A stretch of DNA of 64,000 bases, taken from NCBI GenBank assembly GCA_963755715.1, contig CAVWLW010000007.1:9411-73410 (forward strand). Direction: 5' to 3'. Numbering within the stretch: the stretch's first letter is position 1; each line of letters opens with the position of its first letter. This document shows, piece after piece, positions 1 to 11,358 of the stretch. Below the pieces are notes generated by a model, which was not told the DNA's origin, ran no database searches, and saw only the letters and a list, made by a program, of their open reading frames with translations. The DNA comes from an uncultured delta proteobacterium. Its GTDB lineage: Bacteria > Desulfobacterota > Binatia > UBA9968. The position numbers were made by a program, and so were the translations under genes.

Positions 1-839
1 ATTTCGCGGATCGTGAAAAAATTGCCGAGTGACTTCGACATTTTTTCCTGATTGATGTTGAGAAAGCCGTTATGCAACCAGAAGCGCGCCAGCGGCCGAC
101 CGAGCGCTCCTTCCGATTGCGCGATCTCGTTCTCATGGTGGGGAAAAATCAGATCCCGGCCGCCGCCGTGAATATCGAACGGCTGTCCCAGATACTTCGT
201 GCTCATCGCCGAGCATTCGATATGCCAACCCGGCCGGCCTCGACCCCATGGGCTGTCCCACGTCGGCTCTCCAGGTTTGCTCGATTTCCACAGAGCGAAA
301 TCGAGCGGCGAGCGCTTGCGCTCGTCGACTTCGACACGCGCTCCAGCTTCCAGCTCGTCGATATTTTTCCTGGACAGCTTGCCGTAGCTCGGAAATCCGG
401 CGACGGAATAATAAACGTCGCCGTCGATCCGGTAGGCGAGTTCCTTGGCTTCGAGCTGCTCGATGATGTCGATGATCTCAGCGATATGCTGCGTGGCGAG
501 CGGTTCGACGCTCGGCGCGAACAAGCCAAGCGCCTCACCGTCTTGATGAAATTCTCCGATGTAACGCTGCGTGATCGTTTCCCAGCTCACCTGCTCTTCG
601 TTGGCCCGTTTGATGATCTTGTCGTCGACATCGGTGAAGTTGCGCACGTAGGTCACGTCGAAGCCAAGAAAACGCAGGTAGCGATAGATCACGTCGAAGG
701 TGATCAGAAAGCGGCAGTGCCCCAGATGCGCCGAGTCGTAAACGGTCACGCCGCACACGTACATGCGCACCCGTCCCGGCGTGAGCGGGACAAATTCATC
801 TTTTTCGCCGCTGAGCGTGTTGAAAATTTTTAAAGCCAT
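1..839 (-). CDS. cysS: Cysteinyl-tRNA synthetase, 5' part (continues off the left edge)
   Basis: Manual minus-strand translation from ATG 839: [41 protein letters not shown] (HIGH motif), [33 protein letters not shown]. Missing from the ORF track because the stop lies outside the window. Confidence 0.97.
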   Translation of the reverse strand, partial: MALKIFNTLSGEKDEFVPLTPGRVRMYVCGVTVYDSAHLGHCRFLITFDVIYRYLRFLGFDVTYVRNFTDVDDKIIKRANEEQVSWETITQRYIGEFHQDGEALGLFAPSVEPLATQHIAEIIDIIEQLEAKELAYRIDGDVYYSVAGFPSYGKLSRKNIDELEAGARVEVDERKRSPLDFALWKSSKPGEPTWDSPWGRGRPGWHIECSAMSTKYLGQPFDIHGGGRDLIFPHHENEIAQSEGALGRPLARFWLHNGFLNINQEKMSKSLGNFFTIRE

Positions 840-938
840 ATTGGGAACTTTTTATCTTACGGATCGGCTCATCTTTTGCAAGCTGATTTCGCTCACGCAC
901 CTTGCCAAAGCCGGGAAAAAAGCATAGACAAAAATCCT

Positions 939-2600
939 ATGAATTTCGCCAAACCTTACGAAGATCTGCGCGAATTTATCGACGCATTGGATGAACACGG
1001 TAAATTGTACCGCATTCACCGGGAAATCAACAAAGACAGCGAGCTGCAACCCTTGGTGCGCTGGCAGTTTCGCGGCGGCATAGCCGAAGAAGCGCGCCGC
1101 GGTTTTTTGTTCGACAACGTTACCGACGGCAAAAAGCGCAAATACAATTGCCGAGTGCTCGTCAGCGGGCTTTCGGGCTCCGAAGCGATTTATTGCCTGG
1201 GTCTCAAATGCCAGCCGGACGAAGTCGCCGACCGCTGGATCTACGCGATGGATCATTTGATCGAGCCGATCGTCGTCCCGTCCGGCTCATGCCAGGAAGA
1301 AATTCACAAAGGCGACCGAGTTGCTCGCCAAAGGCGGCCTGATGGAATTTGCCGTGCCGATGTCGACGCCGGGCTTCGACAATGGCCCCTACATCACCGC
1401 GGGACATTGGATTACCAAAGATCCGGAAACCGGCAAGCGCAACGTCGGCAACTATCGTGGCTTGATCAAAGGACCGACCTCAGCGGGATTAATGTCCGGC
1501 ACGCCGCAGGACTTGTCGACCCATTGGGAAAAATGCCGCAAGATGGGCAAGCCGCTCGAAGTCGCCATCGTCGTCGGCACCATCCCCGCGGTTTCCTATT
1601 GCGCGACGCAGAAAGTGCCGCCGGAAATCGACGAGCTCGCGCTCGCCGGCGGCTTGATGGGCGCGCCAGTGAAACTGGTCAAGTGCCAGACCGTCGATCT
1701 CGAAGTGCCGGCCAGCATCGGAAATCGTTCTCGAAGGCATCATCCCGACCAATTACATGGAAGAAGAAGGCCCTTACGGCGAGTCGATGGGCTACGTCGA
1801 CCCGCGCACCTTGAGCACGATGTTCGAGCTCAAGTGCGTCACCCATCGGAAAGATCCGATCTGGGTTTCGATCATCAGCCAAGTCACACCGAGCGAAAGC
1901 TCCAAGATCAAAGCGATGGGCATGGCGACCCTGGTCAAGCGTTTTATCGTCAGCAAGGGATTCGACTGCGTCAAGGAAGTGCACATGATCGAGCCGCTTG
2001 GTCAACATGCGCCCCTACGTCGCCGTCAGCTTAAAAAAGCGCAACGACGAAGATCCGTGGGGCGTCATGCAGGCGGTGCTCGATTACGGCGATCGGGTCG
2101 GCAAAATGATCGTCGCCGTCGACGAAGACATCAACGTCAAAGACCCAATCGCCGTGACCTGGGCGATCACGCACCGCTCGCAGCCGCACAGAGACGTGAA
2201 GATCGTCCGCGATCGACCGTTCGGCGCGACGCCCATCGGCATGGTGGCGACGCATCCATCGAGTCGTTACGACAATTCGGAATCCTCACTGCTCATCGAC
2301 GCTACGCGCAAAGCCGACTTTCCGCCGTTGTCCCTGCCCAAGGAAGAATTCATGGTCCGAGCCAAAGAGATCTGGGAGGAGCTCGGCTTGCCGAAACTCG
2401 AACCGCAAGAGCCCTGGCATGGCTACTTGATGGGTTTGTGGCCGGAAAATTTGGATCAGGAGGCCGAGCTGGCGGCGCGCAGCGAGCATGAAAAAGTTTG
2501 GGAGATTCTGCGCCAGACCCGCGTCCAAGTCGGTGAAGGCGAGACGATGAAATCGATGCGCGCCAAGTGGGGCAAAACTCATTCCGGGCGAGCGGAATAA
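939..2600 (+). CDS. UbiD-family prFMN-dependent (de)carboxylase 1, split by three frameshifts (~1315, ~1715, ~1998)
   Basis: Joined from ORFs 876, 1321, 1757 and 1998: YEDLREFIDALDEHGKL, KDPETGKRNVGNYR, EEEGPYGESMGY, IVAVDEDIN...VTWAI, LLIDATRK. Confidence 0.9.
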
Positions 2601-2773
2601 GCATTTCAGCAGATGCGGCCTTATCACTAGATCGACTTTATACAAACAGCGAACCATTCTCTCGAACTCTTCGGCGCAGCAAGCGATCGTGCGAATTTCT
2701 TCGTCGCTCAGATTGAATCCGTAAACGCCGTCGATTCTGCGAACCTGATCTGCCAAGTAGGCCTGCTGTCGAA

Positions 2774-4060
2774 TTAATCTCGCGGCTTGTCCCAGTTACA
2801 AATTTCCAGCGCTGCACAAGCATAAACCTGCGCCGCCTGGTAGATGTCCTCGATCTCGATTTGCTCGGAGCGAAACTTCCAGCGTCCGCCGCCGAGACCG
2901 AACTTGCATGCCGGAATGCCCATCTCGTTGTAGATATTGGTGTCCGTCCAAATGCTCGCGTGAACGCCGGTCGGTGTCGGGGTCTTTTTGCCGAACAGCG
3001 ATTGATAATTTTCTTCCAGCACCTTGATCACCGATCCGACCTTTTTCGCCTCGTAGCCCATCTTCGACGCGTACATTTCGATCTCATATTCGACACCGAG
3101 GTTGGCGAGCACCGCCTTGAGCTCGCGCTGTACCTGCACCGGACGCAATTCCGGCGGTGTGCGCACGTCAACGTAGATCGAGCAAACGCCCGGATAATAA
3201 TTGGGCCGGAACGGCGCGCCGCCTTGAATCGAGCCGATATTCACCTTGGGAACGAGCGGACCATGCGGCGAAGCGTAAACATGGGCGCGTTCGAATTCTG
3301 CCGCCCAGCTATCGATCGCCTGCAGCACTTTGATCATTTTTAAGATCGCGCTGGACGCTTCCGGAGATTTTTCTTCGCGGGTCACTCCCCACGCCGCGTG
3401 GGGATCGCCGAAGGTGGTGATCTTGAACTGCGCCACGCCGTTTTGCGCCCACACGATAGAATGGCCCGACCGATCGGCCACGATGGCGTAATCGGACTGA
3501 ACTCCATGGGTCAACAGATGGATGGTCCCGGTTCCCTCGCCGCGATACGCTTCGGATTGATAAGGTCCGATCGGCGTCCGGGATATTTCGCCGGCAACCG
3601 CAGCAAGAATCAAATCGCCTTTTAGTGAAATTCCACTTTCTTTTATCGCCTTGGCGGCCACCATAAACGCGGCGAGACCGGACTTCATATTGGAAGCGCC
3701 GAGACCAAACACTTTGCCGTCGCGAACCGCTCCTTTGAGTTCGCTGTCGGGTTCTAGGACGCGGCAGAACATGCCGTCCTCTGCCGTTCCCGTGTAGCTC
3801 GTGTCCATGTGACCGTTGATGGTCAACGACACGCCGTTGCTCCGGCCATCGAGTATGCCCACGGCATTGACGCGCTCAGCACTGATTTCCTGACGCAGCG
3901 CCTTGATCCCGTGTCGCGAATACCAGCTTAAGATAAATTCGCCGATTGCCTTCTCCGATCCGGTGGGACTCGGGATATCGACGAGATCTTTGGTCAGTTG
4001 AGCCAACTCTTCGCGCTGAATCCGATCGATGACATTTTTTCTATCCTGCTCGCTTGCCAT
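2774..4060 (-). CDS. M20-family (ArgE/DapE-like) metallohydrolase with atypical metal ligands
   Basis: LVDIPSPTGSE, NGHMDT, GKVFGLGASNMKSG, VNIGSIQGG, DVRTPP, WTD...GIP. Confidence 0.88.
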   Translation of the reverse strand: MASEQDRKNVIDRIQREELAQLTKDLVDIPSPTGSEKAIGEFILSWYSRHGIKALRQEISAERVNAVGILDGRSNGVSLTINGHMDTSYTGTAEDGMFCRVLEPDSELKGAVRDGKVFGLGASNMKSGLAAFMVAAKAIKESGISLKGDLILAAVAGEISRTPIGPYQSEAYRGEGTGTIHLLTHGVQSDYAIVADRSGHSIVWAQNGVAQFKITTFGDPHAAWGVTREEKSPEASSAILKMIKVLQAIDSWAAEFERAHVYASPHGPLVPKVNIGSIQGGAPFRPNYYPGVCSIYVDVRTPPELRPVQVQRELKAVLANLGVEYEIEMYASKMGYEAKKVGSVIKVLEENYQSLFGKKTPTPTGVHASIWTDTNIYNEMGIPACKFGLGGGRWKFRSEQIEIEDIYQAAQVYACAALEICNWDKPRD

Positions 4061-4306
4061 GTGTTTCTCCTGCGTGGTGAGATTGTCGCTGAGCTTTTAT
4101 CAAATATCACAGTCTGCGATACGAGCGACAGCCATTTTGTCGTCTGGTTTTCCTAAAGCGCTTTTTTAGACCGTAGCTCGAACCTGGGCGAAGTCGTTTG
4201 CACGACCTGTCGAAAACTCACGCTCAGACGCTCGCGGCGTGACCGTTTGATGGATTACTCTATCGTCGGAAGAAAAAATTTTCTACAGGGTTTCAGAAGA
4301 GCGTTG

Positions 4307-5374
4307 CTAGTTCTCCCAGAGCGGCTTGACGTTGGCATCGAGCCATTTGCGTGGATCTTCCGAATACGTCTTATTCACCGACGGAATCGGCTTGACGTTG
4401 GCTCCCCACGCGTATTCGATGGACGCCTTGGACTTGACGCCTTTGCGCGATACTTCCCGCCCAACCGCGGACACCGCCAGTTGGCCTTCCGGGGTCATCA
4501 TCCATTCGGTAAAAAGCTTGGCGCCGTTTATATGCGGCGCTTTGCCGTAGATGCCCAACTGTTGCGCCGAAATGATCGGCGCGGCGCTTTTCACGAAGTC
4601 CACGGGACTGCCTTTTTCTTTTTCCTCGATCACGTCGTGCAAAAGCGCCGGCATCGAGATGGAATATTCTCCCGCGATGAGCAGGCGAAACATCGCGCTG
4701 GTGCTCTTGTGAACCGTAACGTTGAGGGCCTTCAAGCCCTTTATGTATCCAGTCCATTTGGCGTCGTTTTTCCAATACTCCTTCAGTCCGGCAAGCATGC
4801 CGCTCAATGGACCGGCCCGCAGCGGATCGTCCAGGGCAACCATTCCTTTGTATTTGGGATTGATTACGTCCTCCCAACTTTTTGGCAGGTCTTCCTTCTT
4901 AAGTTTTTTGGTGTTGTAGGCAAGAGCGACGATCTGAAGGCTCACCGTGGGAAGCTGGGGATCATGCAGAATCAGAGAGTTCGCCTGTACGGTATTATAA
5001 GGCTCGATCGCTCCGGCCGCGCGCAAAACCACCGGCGCCCCTTCGCTCAGAATCACGTCGGCAGTTTTCTGATCGCCTTGAAACTCCGTGAGCGTCCGCG
5101 CAATGATCTCTGACCGGGTTCCTTGCCAGTACGTTGTATTGATGCCGGGAAAGCGCTTATTGAAAACGTCCAAGATCGATTTGATGTGCTCGACGTCCCA
5201 GATCGTATAAACCACCAACGCGCCTTCCTGCTTGGCTTTCGGATAAAGATCCTTCGCCAACTTTTCGAAGCGCGGATCGGTATCGGAGCCACCCTGTGCC
5301 AATGCGATACCTCCGCGCAACGACAGTAAAACCAAGATCAAAGTTACAGCCAATGGCGAATGCCTACTTGTCAT
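4307..5374 (-). CDS. ABC-type solute-binding protein (Fe3+/thiamine/polyamine-like family)
   Basis: Signal peptide; AKQEGALVVY, AYNTKK...PKSWEDVINPKYKG, APHINGAKLFTEWMMTPEGQ. Confidence 0.88.
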   Translation of the reverse strand: MTSRHSPLAVTLILVLLSLRGGIALAQGGSDTDPRFEKLAKDLYPKAKQEGALVVYTIWDVEHIKSILDVFNKRFPGINTTYWQGTRSEIIARTLTEFQGDQKTADVILSEGAPVVLRAAGAIEPYNTVQANSLILHDPQLPTVSLQIVALAYNTKKLKKEDLPKSWEDVINPKYKGMVALDDPLRAGPLSGMLAGLKEYWKNDAKWTGYIKGLKALNVTVHKSTSAMFRLLIAGEYSISMPALLHDVIEEKEKGSPVDFVKSAAPIISAQQLGIYGKAPHINGAKLFTEWMMTPEGQLAVSAVGREVSRKGVKSKASIEYAWGANVKPIPSVNKTYSEDPRKWLDANVKPLWEN

Positions 5375-5724
5375 TTGTGTCCTCCCAATTCCAAAGCCGA
5401 TGTGAAGTTCTCATTGCATACTATCTTTCCACACGCTGCGCCGCTCCAATGGAGTCGATGTCCAACATAACCCGCAGCTCAACCGCAATTTGCGCGCCAC
5501 GATAGTCCGGCAATTTTTTCCTAAAAAGACCTTGAAAACAACAGACAATATAGCGCAACGAGTAGCCTCCCGCGATTGGCGGGTGCTCGATGCTAAATAC
5601 TTAGGCGCTCTGCTCATTGGTTATGCAGCAGAGAAATGTGACGTTCAATTCTGACGTTCAGTTGATTGACGATTGGCACCTGAACCAAGTTCAGAGATGA
5701 AAGCGCGATCCGCGATGAACGCGA

Positions 5725-6603
5725 TCAGGCCTTTGAAGAACGGCGTATAAGTGAGAGGAAACTGAGCAAGTTAGGAGAAAGCCGAATACCCTTTCGATAG
5801 ATGACGTAGCAGGCGATTTTGATATCCTTCAACCTCGGCATCTCGAGCGCTTTGAAATAGCCCTGTCTTAAACCCGCTTCGGCACTGCCGCGATAAAAGA
5901 GCCCGACACCCAGGCCCGCCTGGACAGCGGTCTTTATTAGATCTATGGATTCGCACCACATCACTACATTGAGGTGCAAACCCAGTTTCTTGATTTTATC
6001 GGTGATGTGTCCTTCGGTGTTCATGATGAAAGGAACTTTCGCTAACTCGCTCTCTGTCAGTCTTTTTTTGCTCGCCAGAGCGTGCTTGGCAGATACAACG
6101 GCTATTATTTCCTCGGAAGCGATGGGCTCTTCGATGATTTCCGGGTGAGCAGGAGCAATCGTCGTGACGGCAACGTCGACCTCTCCATTGAGCACCATGG
6201 CTCTAATCGCCTCAGGGTAGGCAGTGCGCAGAGTCGGATGAACATTCGGATGAAGACTGACGAAGGACTTGAGCACGCCCGGCAAAAAGAACGCCGCCGG
6301 GCTGGGCGTGCTCCCCACCCGGAGCGTGCTGGCGCGCGCATGAGTGACGCGGTTCAGAAAAGTACTGCGAAGCTCTTCCATCTGCTTTAGGATCGGCTTA
6401 GCGGCTATCTGCAACAAACGGCCTTCGTCAGTAATTTTGATGCCCCGTCCGGATTTGACGTAAAGTTTTAGACCACATTCGCGTTCGAGAAAGCGCAACT
6501 GTTTGGATACTGAGGGCTGGCTGATTTTAATTTTTCGCGCCGCTTCGGTAACGCTCAACTGTTCGGCAACGGCATCGAATATTTCCAGTTGATGGAAAGT
6601 CAT
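5725..6603 (-). CDS. LysR-family transcriptional regulator
   Basis: N-terminal HTH MTFHQLEIF...SVTEAARKIKISQPSVSKQLRFLE; divergent from the operon starting at 6780. Confidence 0.95.
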   Translation of the reverse strand: MTFHQLEIFDAVAEQLSVTEAARKIKISQPSVSKQLRFLERECGLKLYVKSGRGIKITDEGRLLQIAAKPILKQMEELRSTFLNRVTHARASTLRVGSTPSPAAFFLPGVLKSFVSLHPNVHPTLRTAYPEAIRAMVLNGEVDVAVTTIAPAHPEIIEEPIASEEIIAVVSAKHALASKKRLTESELAKVPFIMNTEGHITDKIKKLGLHLNVVMWCESIDLIKTAVQAGLGVGLFYRGSAEAGLRQGYFKALEMPRLKDIKIACYVIYRKGIRLSPNLLSFLSLIRRSSKA

Positions 6604-6779
6604 AGAATTTATTCTACGGGTTCAATACATACCCTTTTTTCTATGTGTAACATGAATAATTTATATTGGACAAGCGCTCTTATCGCGCGTAGCTATGAAC
6701 AACGTCGTCGGTGAGGATGTCATAGCGCACAGTTCACTTCAGTGACAGGTGCTGATTTGGGCTTGGAGGATCTAAACCC

Positions 6780-7622
6780 ATGATGGTGTGTCCTTACGAT
6801 GAATCCAGACTCTTGTTAATTCTGCAGACCGATCATTCGCGTATTGCCGGATTACTGGCGGCGCATTGGGGCAACGATCAATTCGCCAAGCTGCAACCGT
6901 ACGCTTCGATGGTGCTTGCAGCCCAGGAACATGATAGCGGTTGGTGGGACTGGGAAATCAAACCTTCCGTCAACGAGCAGGGTTACCCATCGGATTATAT
7001 CGGCAGCATCAAACACCTGGGTCAAGGGGTTTGGTTGGATCTGTACCGCCATGCCATCGAGCGCGTCGCAGCGCGCGATCTCTACGCCGCCTATTTTGTA
7101 TCCATGCATGGCGAAGCCTTGTTGACGAAAGGCATGGGCCTCCTGCCGTCGATGCCTGACTATACCGGCGACCCCGCCGTGCAGGAATTCATCGGACAGC
7201 AGAAGGAGTTGCGTGCGGGATGGCTGCCGACATTGCAAAACAACCAAGCACTCGCTGCGGTCACCACTGACAAGCATCTCTGGACTAACTTCAATCTAAT
7301 GGAGGTCTTCGATCAGTTCGCGCAGTTCGTCTGCAACCGCTATCCGTTCAATAGTCAGGCTAGAAAAAATGGTCCGACACACACGTTGAGCGGCATTTCC
7401 GTGCCGGTGTCTCCTGAGCGGCCGAATATCACTTTGACGATCGACGTTCTAAATGAAACCGACGCTGTAGTGCGTCCATTCCCTTTCGACGTGAATCCTC
7501 TGAGGCTATCCTTCGAGGGCCGGCTCGTGCCCAACCGGCGTTTCGTCGATCAGGAGGAATTCTTAGAGAGTTTTTACAGCGGTGAGAGGATCGCCATAAA
7601 CTATACCCTGAGCGCGGCTTGA
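6780..7622 (+). CDS. DUF3891-like protein with HD-like His/Asp motifs
   Basis: QTDHSRIAGLLAAHWGN, EHDSGWWDWE, YFVSMH, PFPF; GGAGG RBS. Confidence 0.75.
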   Translation: MMVCPYDESRLLLILQTDHSRIAGLLAAHWGNDQFAKLQPYASMVLAAQEHDSGWWDWEIKPSVNEQGYPSDYIGSIKHLGQGVWLDLYRHAIERVAARDLYAAYFVSMHGEALLTKGMGLLPSMPDYTGDPAVQEFIGQQKELRAGWLPTLQNNQALAAVTTDKHLWTNFNLMEVFDQFAQFVCNRYPFNSQARKNGPTHTLSGISVPVSPERPNITLTIDVLNETDAVVRPFPFDVNPLRLSFEGRLVPNRRFVDQEEFLESFYSGERIAINYTLSAA

Positions 7623-7715
7623 ACTGACCAGATACAAGCGCCGGATAGCAACAAGTGAAAATGCTGAAAGCGCGGCAGAAGCGAACGTGCTGAGAACAGA
7701 GCGATAGTAATGCCA

Positions 7716-8783
7716 ATGACGCGAGCAGAAAATTATTGATTCCGATGCGCATGTGTTTGAACCGCATGACATTTGGCTGCGTTACTTGGATCCGCCGCTC
7801 CGAGAATTCTATTCAGGACCCCGGGACTGGAGAATGGCAACAGCACGGGCAACGATGGGCCGCAAAGTCGTTTTCCACTTGGGTTCATTCCTGAAACCGG
7901 TCGCCAGGATCTTCTTCAATTGGCCGCCGATTCTGAGACTCGCCTCAAAGTGATGGATGACGAAGGCATCGACCGGGTTGCGCTCTTTCCCACCCACGCG
8001 CTTCGCCTTGGCGGTGTGCGCCAACCGCAACTCGCGCCCGCGTTATTTCGCGCCTACAACAATTGGCTGGCCGAACATTGTGCGCCAGATAAAGAGAGAC
8101 TGCTCGGAGTTGCCATGATCCCACTGCAGGACCCGGAGCTGGCAGTGCAAGAAGCAAAGCGCGCCGTCGGTGAACTTGGCCATCGCGGACTGTTTATTTC
8201 TCCGCACCCCGTGGACAACCGCAATCTCGATCATCAGGCCTATGAGCCTCTTTGGGAACTGGCTGAGCAACTCAACGTTCCGGCGCTGGTGCATGTCAGT
8301 ACCGGCATTCGATTGCCGACCGCCGGCGCGGAACGCTTCGACCGCTATTCCCTTTTTCATTTGCACGCGCATCCCTTCGAGCAGATGACCGCGGCAGCGA
8401 GTCTCATTCTTGGCGGAGTTCTGGAGCGCCATCCTCGTCTCCGGGTTGGGTTTCTGGAAGCGGGCTGCGGTTGGGTTCCCTATTGGCTCGATCGGATGGA
8501 TGAGCACGCTGAGAATTACCGCTTCGAGCTGGCCCATTTAAAAGAACGGCCGAGCGTTTATTTTCGCCGTCAGTGTTTTGTCTCTTTTGAGCTGGAGGAG
8601 CGGGATGTGCCCCATGTTGCTGCAACCGTCGGCGCCGAGACCTTGGTGTTCGCGTCCGATTTTCCCCATCACGATTGTTTTTTTCCGGGAGCGGTGGAGA
8701 AGATTCGTAGACGAACGGATCTCCCTGCTGAGCTTGTTTCGGCTATGCTGAGCGACAATCCGAACAGACTGTATTTCGGATGA
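7716..8783 (+). CDS. Amidohydrolase_2 family protein (LigW/ACMSD-like); frameshifted near the N-terminus
   Basis: KIIDSDAHVFEP in one frame, then MDDEGIDRVALFPT, RAYNNWLAEHC, LVH, FLEAGCGWVP, ASDFPH in ORF 7773. Confidence 0.9.
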
Positions 8784-8796
8784 CTAAGAGAGAAGG

Positions 8797-9771
8797 ATGG
8801 GTATTAAAGCACTACGGTTCGCTGGCGGGTTGATTGCCGCTCTCGTATTCTTTCCTTCGGTCCGGTGTTCGGCCCAATCCAATGCGCGGGCAATTGTTCA
8901 TATCCCGACAAAAAGCCTGACCTCGATGCCGCTGTTTTTCGGTAAGGACAAAGGTTTTTTTGCGCGCGAGAATGTCGACGTCGATCTGGTCCTGATGTCA
9001 CCGCCCACGGCGATCGCGGCGCTCGTCGCCGGAGAGTTGGATTTCTCTACTACGGTCGGAGCCGGGATTTCCGCGACTATGCGAGGACTGCCGATCAAGC
9101 GCATTCTGTATATTCAACAATATGTGACTTTTGCCCTCGTGGCAGCGCCGGAAATTAAGAGCGTCCGCGACCTTATCGGCAAATCCGTAGGCGCGGTCGC
9201 GCTAACCGACGCGACAGCGATTGCGGCGCGGGAGATTATCAAAGGAAACAGCGTCGATCCATCGGCAGTAAACTTTTTCTATACTCAAAGCACGGAAAGC
9301 TCTCGTACCGCCCTGCTGTCCAAAAAAATCACCGCGGCCATGCTGCCTCCACCCTTCGCCGAGGAGACCCAAGTGAGAGGTTTTAACCGCTTGGCCGATG
9401 CGAAGGACTACGCGCCGCTAAGCGGCATCGGATTACTAGCTTCTGCAGACGCGCTCAAAACAAATCCAACCAAGGCACTGTCTGTGATCCGCGCCGTATT
9501 GCGGACCATGGCCTATATGCGCGAGCCAAAAAATCATAGCGAATTGGTGGATTACATTTTAAAAATTCACAAAATCGACGCCGCCGTCGCAGCCGAAGCT
9601 TTAGCGACAGTGATGGCGGTGTACAGCAAAGATGGCACCAAACCTCGCGATGCGGTTCAGAAAGAGATCGATATCTATCGCGAGGCGCTCAAGATTACTA
9701 AACCGTTGACGCCCGAAGAACTAGAAGACATGAGCTACCAAAAGAGGGCTTATGAAATTCTCAGTCGCTAG
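8797..9771 (+). CDS. NitT/TauT (NMT1/SsuA-like) solute-binding protein
   Basis: Signal peptide; KGFFARENVDVDLV, AALVAGELDF, IKSVRDLIGK. Confidence 0.9.
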   Translation: MGIKALRFAGGLIAALVFFPSVRCSAQSNARAIVHIPTKSLTSMPLFFGKDKGFFARENVDVDLVLMSPPTAIAALVAGELDFSTTVGAGISATMRGLPIKRILYIQQYVTFALVAAPEIKSVRDLIGKSVGAVALTDATAIAAREIIKGNSVDPSAVNFFYTQSTESSRTALLSKKITAAMLPPPFAEETQVRGFNRLADAKDYAPLSGIGLLASADALKTNPTKALSVIRAVLRTMAYMREPKNHSELVDYILKIHKIDAAVAAEALATVMAVYSKDGTKPRDAVQKEIDIYREALKITKPLTPEELEDMSYQKRAYEILSR

Positions 9772-9843
9772 TTGCATAGTAATAATCATTGGCGCGTAAA
9801 TCGGGAGAATGTTGCTTTATCGGAAGCGAAGGAGAAACTTAAG

Positions 9844-11358
9844 ATGGCAAGACAGCCAGCATTATCCGAATCGGCGGCGCACACGGAAACTAAGATCGAC
9901 ACGGCCATAGCGACGCCAAAAGATCTGCGCGGGTACCTGCAAAAACTGATTGAATACGATCCGAAACAATTGCTGGTGGTCGACAAAGAAATCGATCCGG
10001 TCTTCGAGGCGACCGCAATCGTCGACCAATTGCGCACGGACGGGCGCTATTCGAACTATCCCGCCGTGCTATTTCGCAAGATCAAGGGGTCGTCGATCCC
10101 GCTGCTGATCAATCTGCAAGGAACTTACGAGCGACTCGCTCTCGCCATCGACTCCAACCTTCAAGGCATGGTCGAAGAATTCGGCCGGCGCGAGAATGCA
10201 CCGATTCCTACCAAACGGGTGGATCGCTCGCAGGCGCCAGTCAAAGAAGTCGTGTGGAAAGGCGCGGATGCCGACGTAACCAGGCTGCCGATTCTACGCC
10301 ACCAGGAACTCGACTCCGGCAAATACATCACCTCGGCGGTTTTCATCCTGCGCGATCCGAAAACCGGCGTGCAAAATGCCGGCATCTATCGCTCGATGTT
10401 GCATGGCCCGCACGAAGTCGGCTTCATGACCGGCGCATTTCAAGGCGGGAACTATATCCTGGTTGAACATCGCGAACGCAAGCAGCCGATGCAGGTGGCG
10501 ATGGCCATTGGACATCATCCGTGTCTGCTGCTGGCCGGGACGACGAATCCGCCGGGCATGGGCGGCGAATTGGAAGTTGCCGGCGGACTCCTACAGCAGC
10601 CTCTCGAAGTTGTGCCGGGGGAGACTGTTGACCTCGACGTGCCCGCGCATGCGGAGATCGTGATCGAAGGCGTGCTCGATCCGAGCCCGGAAAACAAGCG
10701 TGAAGAGGGACCGTTTGGAGAATATCCACGTTACTACACCGGCGTCGGTCCGTATCCGGTCATTAAAGTGACGGCGATCACCATGCGGCGCGATCCGATC
10801 TACGTCGATGTGTTCAACGCCAGCAGCGAACATTCGGCGATCGGTGGATTGGCGCGCATGGGGTTTTTGCTCAATCGCGCCCGTGACGTATGCCCCAATG
10901 TGAAAAATCTTTATCTGCCGATTTCCGGCGTCGCGCGCAATCACGCTTATATTTCGATGAAAAAGGTCGCCGACGGCGAGCCCCATCTTGCCGCGTTCAA
11001 CGTCATGGCCTATAGCCCGGCGACCAAGCACGTTTTTATCGTCGACGATGACATCGACGTCACCAACGAAGCCGATGTGCTCTGGGCTTTGGCAACGCGA
11101 TTTCAAGCCGACAAAGATCTCGTCGTTATCAATAACTCGATCGGTAGCCGGTTGAATCCACCGACCTATGGTTATCGACGCGATGAGAAGGGCACGCTGG
11201 AAACCAAGCTAATTTTTGATTGCACCCGACCTCTGTCGGCAGGAAAGTTCCCCGACGCGACCCGCGTGCCGCCGGACGTGAAGGCCCGCATGAACCCGGA
11301 CGATTACGTGCGGCCGCTCTCCGAAGGAGACCTGGCGTATATTCGAGGAGGCAAATAG
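9844..11358 (+). CDS. UbiD-family (de)carboxylase 2
   Basis: DLRGYL, RDPKTGVQNAGIYR, EEGPFGEYPRYY, VDDDIDV...VLWALATR; ATG 9844 follows AAGGAG. Confidence 0.93.
   Translation: MARQPALSESAAHTETKIDTAIATPKDLRGYLQKLIEYDPKQLLVVDKEIDPVFEATAIVDQLRTDGRYSNYPAVLFRKIKGSSIPLLINLQGTYERLALAIDSNLQGMVEEFGRRENAPIPTKRVDRSQAPVKEVVWKGADADVTRLPILRHQELDSGKYITSAVFILRDPKTGVQNAGIYRSMLHGPHEVGFMTGAFQGGNYILVEHRERKQPMQVAMAIGHHPCLLLAGTTNPPGMGGELEVAGGLLQQPLEVVPGETVDLDVPAHAEIVIEGVLDPSPENKREEGPFGEYPRYYTGVGPYPVIKVTAITMRRDPIYVDVFNASSEHSAIGGLARMGFLLNRARDVCPNVKNLYLPISGVARNHAYISMKKVADGEPHLAAFNVMAYSPATKHVFIVDDDIDVTNEADVLWALATRFQADKDLVVINNSIGSRLNPPTYGYRRDEKGTLETKLIFDCTRPLSAGKFPDATRVPPDVKARMNPDDYVRPLSEGDLAYIRGGK

Noticed and set aside
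72-833. 253-aa plus-strand ORF
   Set aside because: Antisense shadow of cysS, whose HIGH and KMSKS motifs are on the minus strand.
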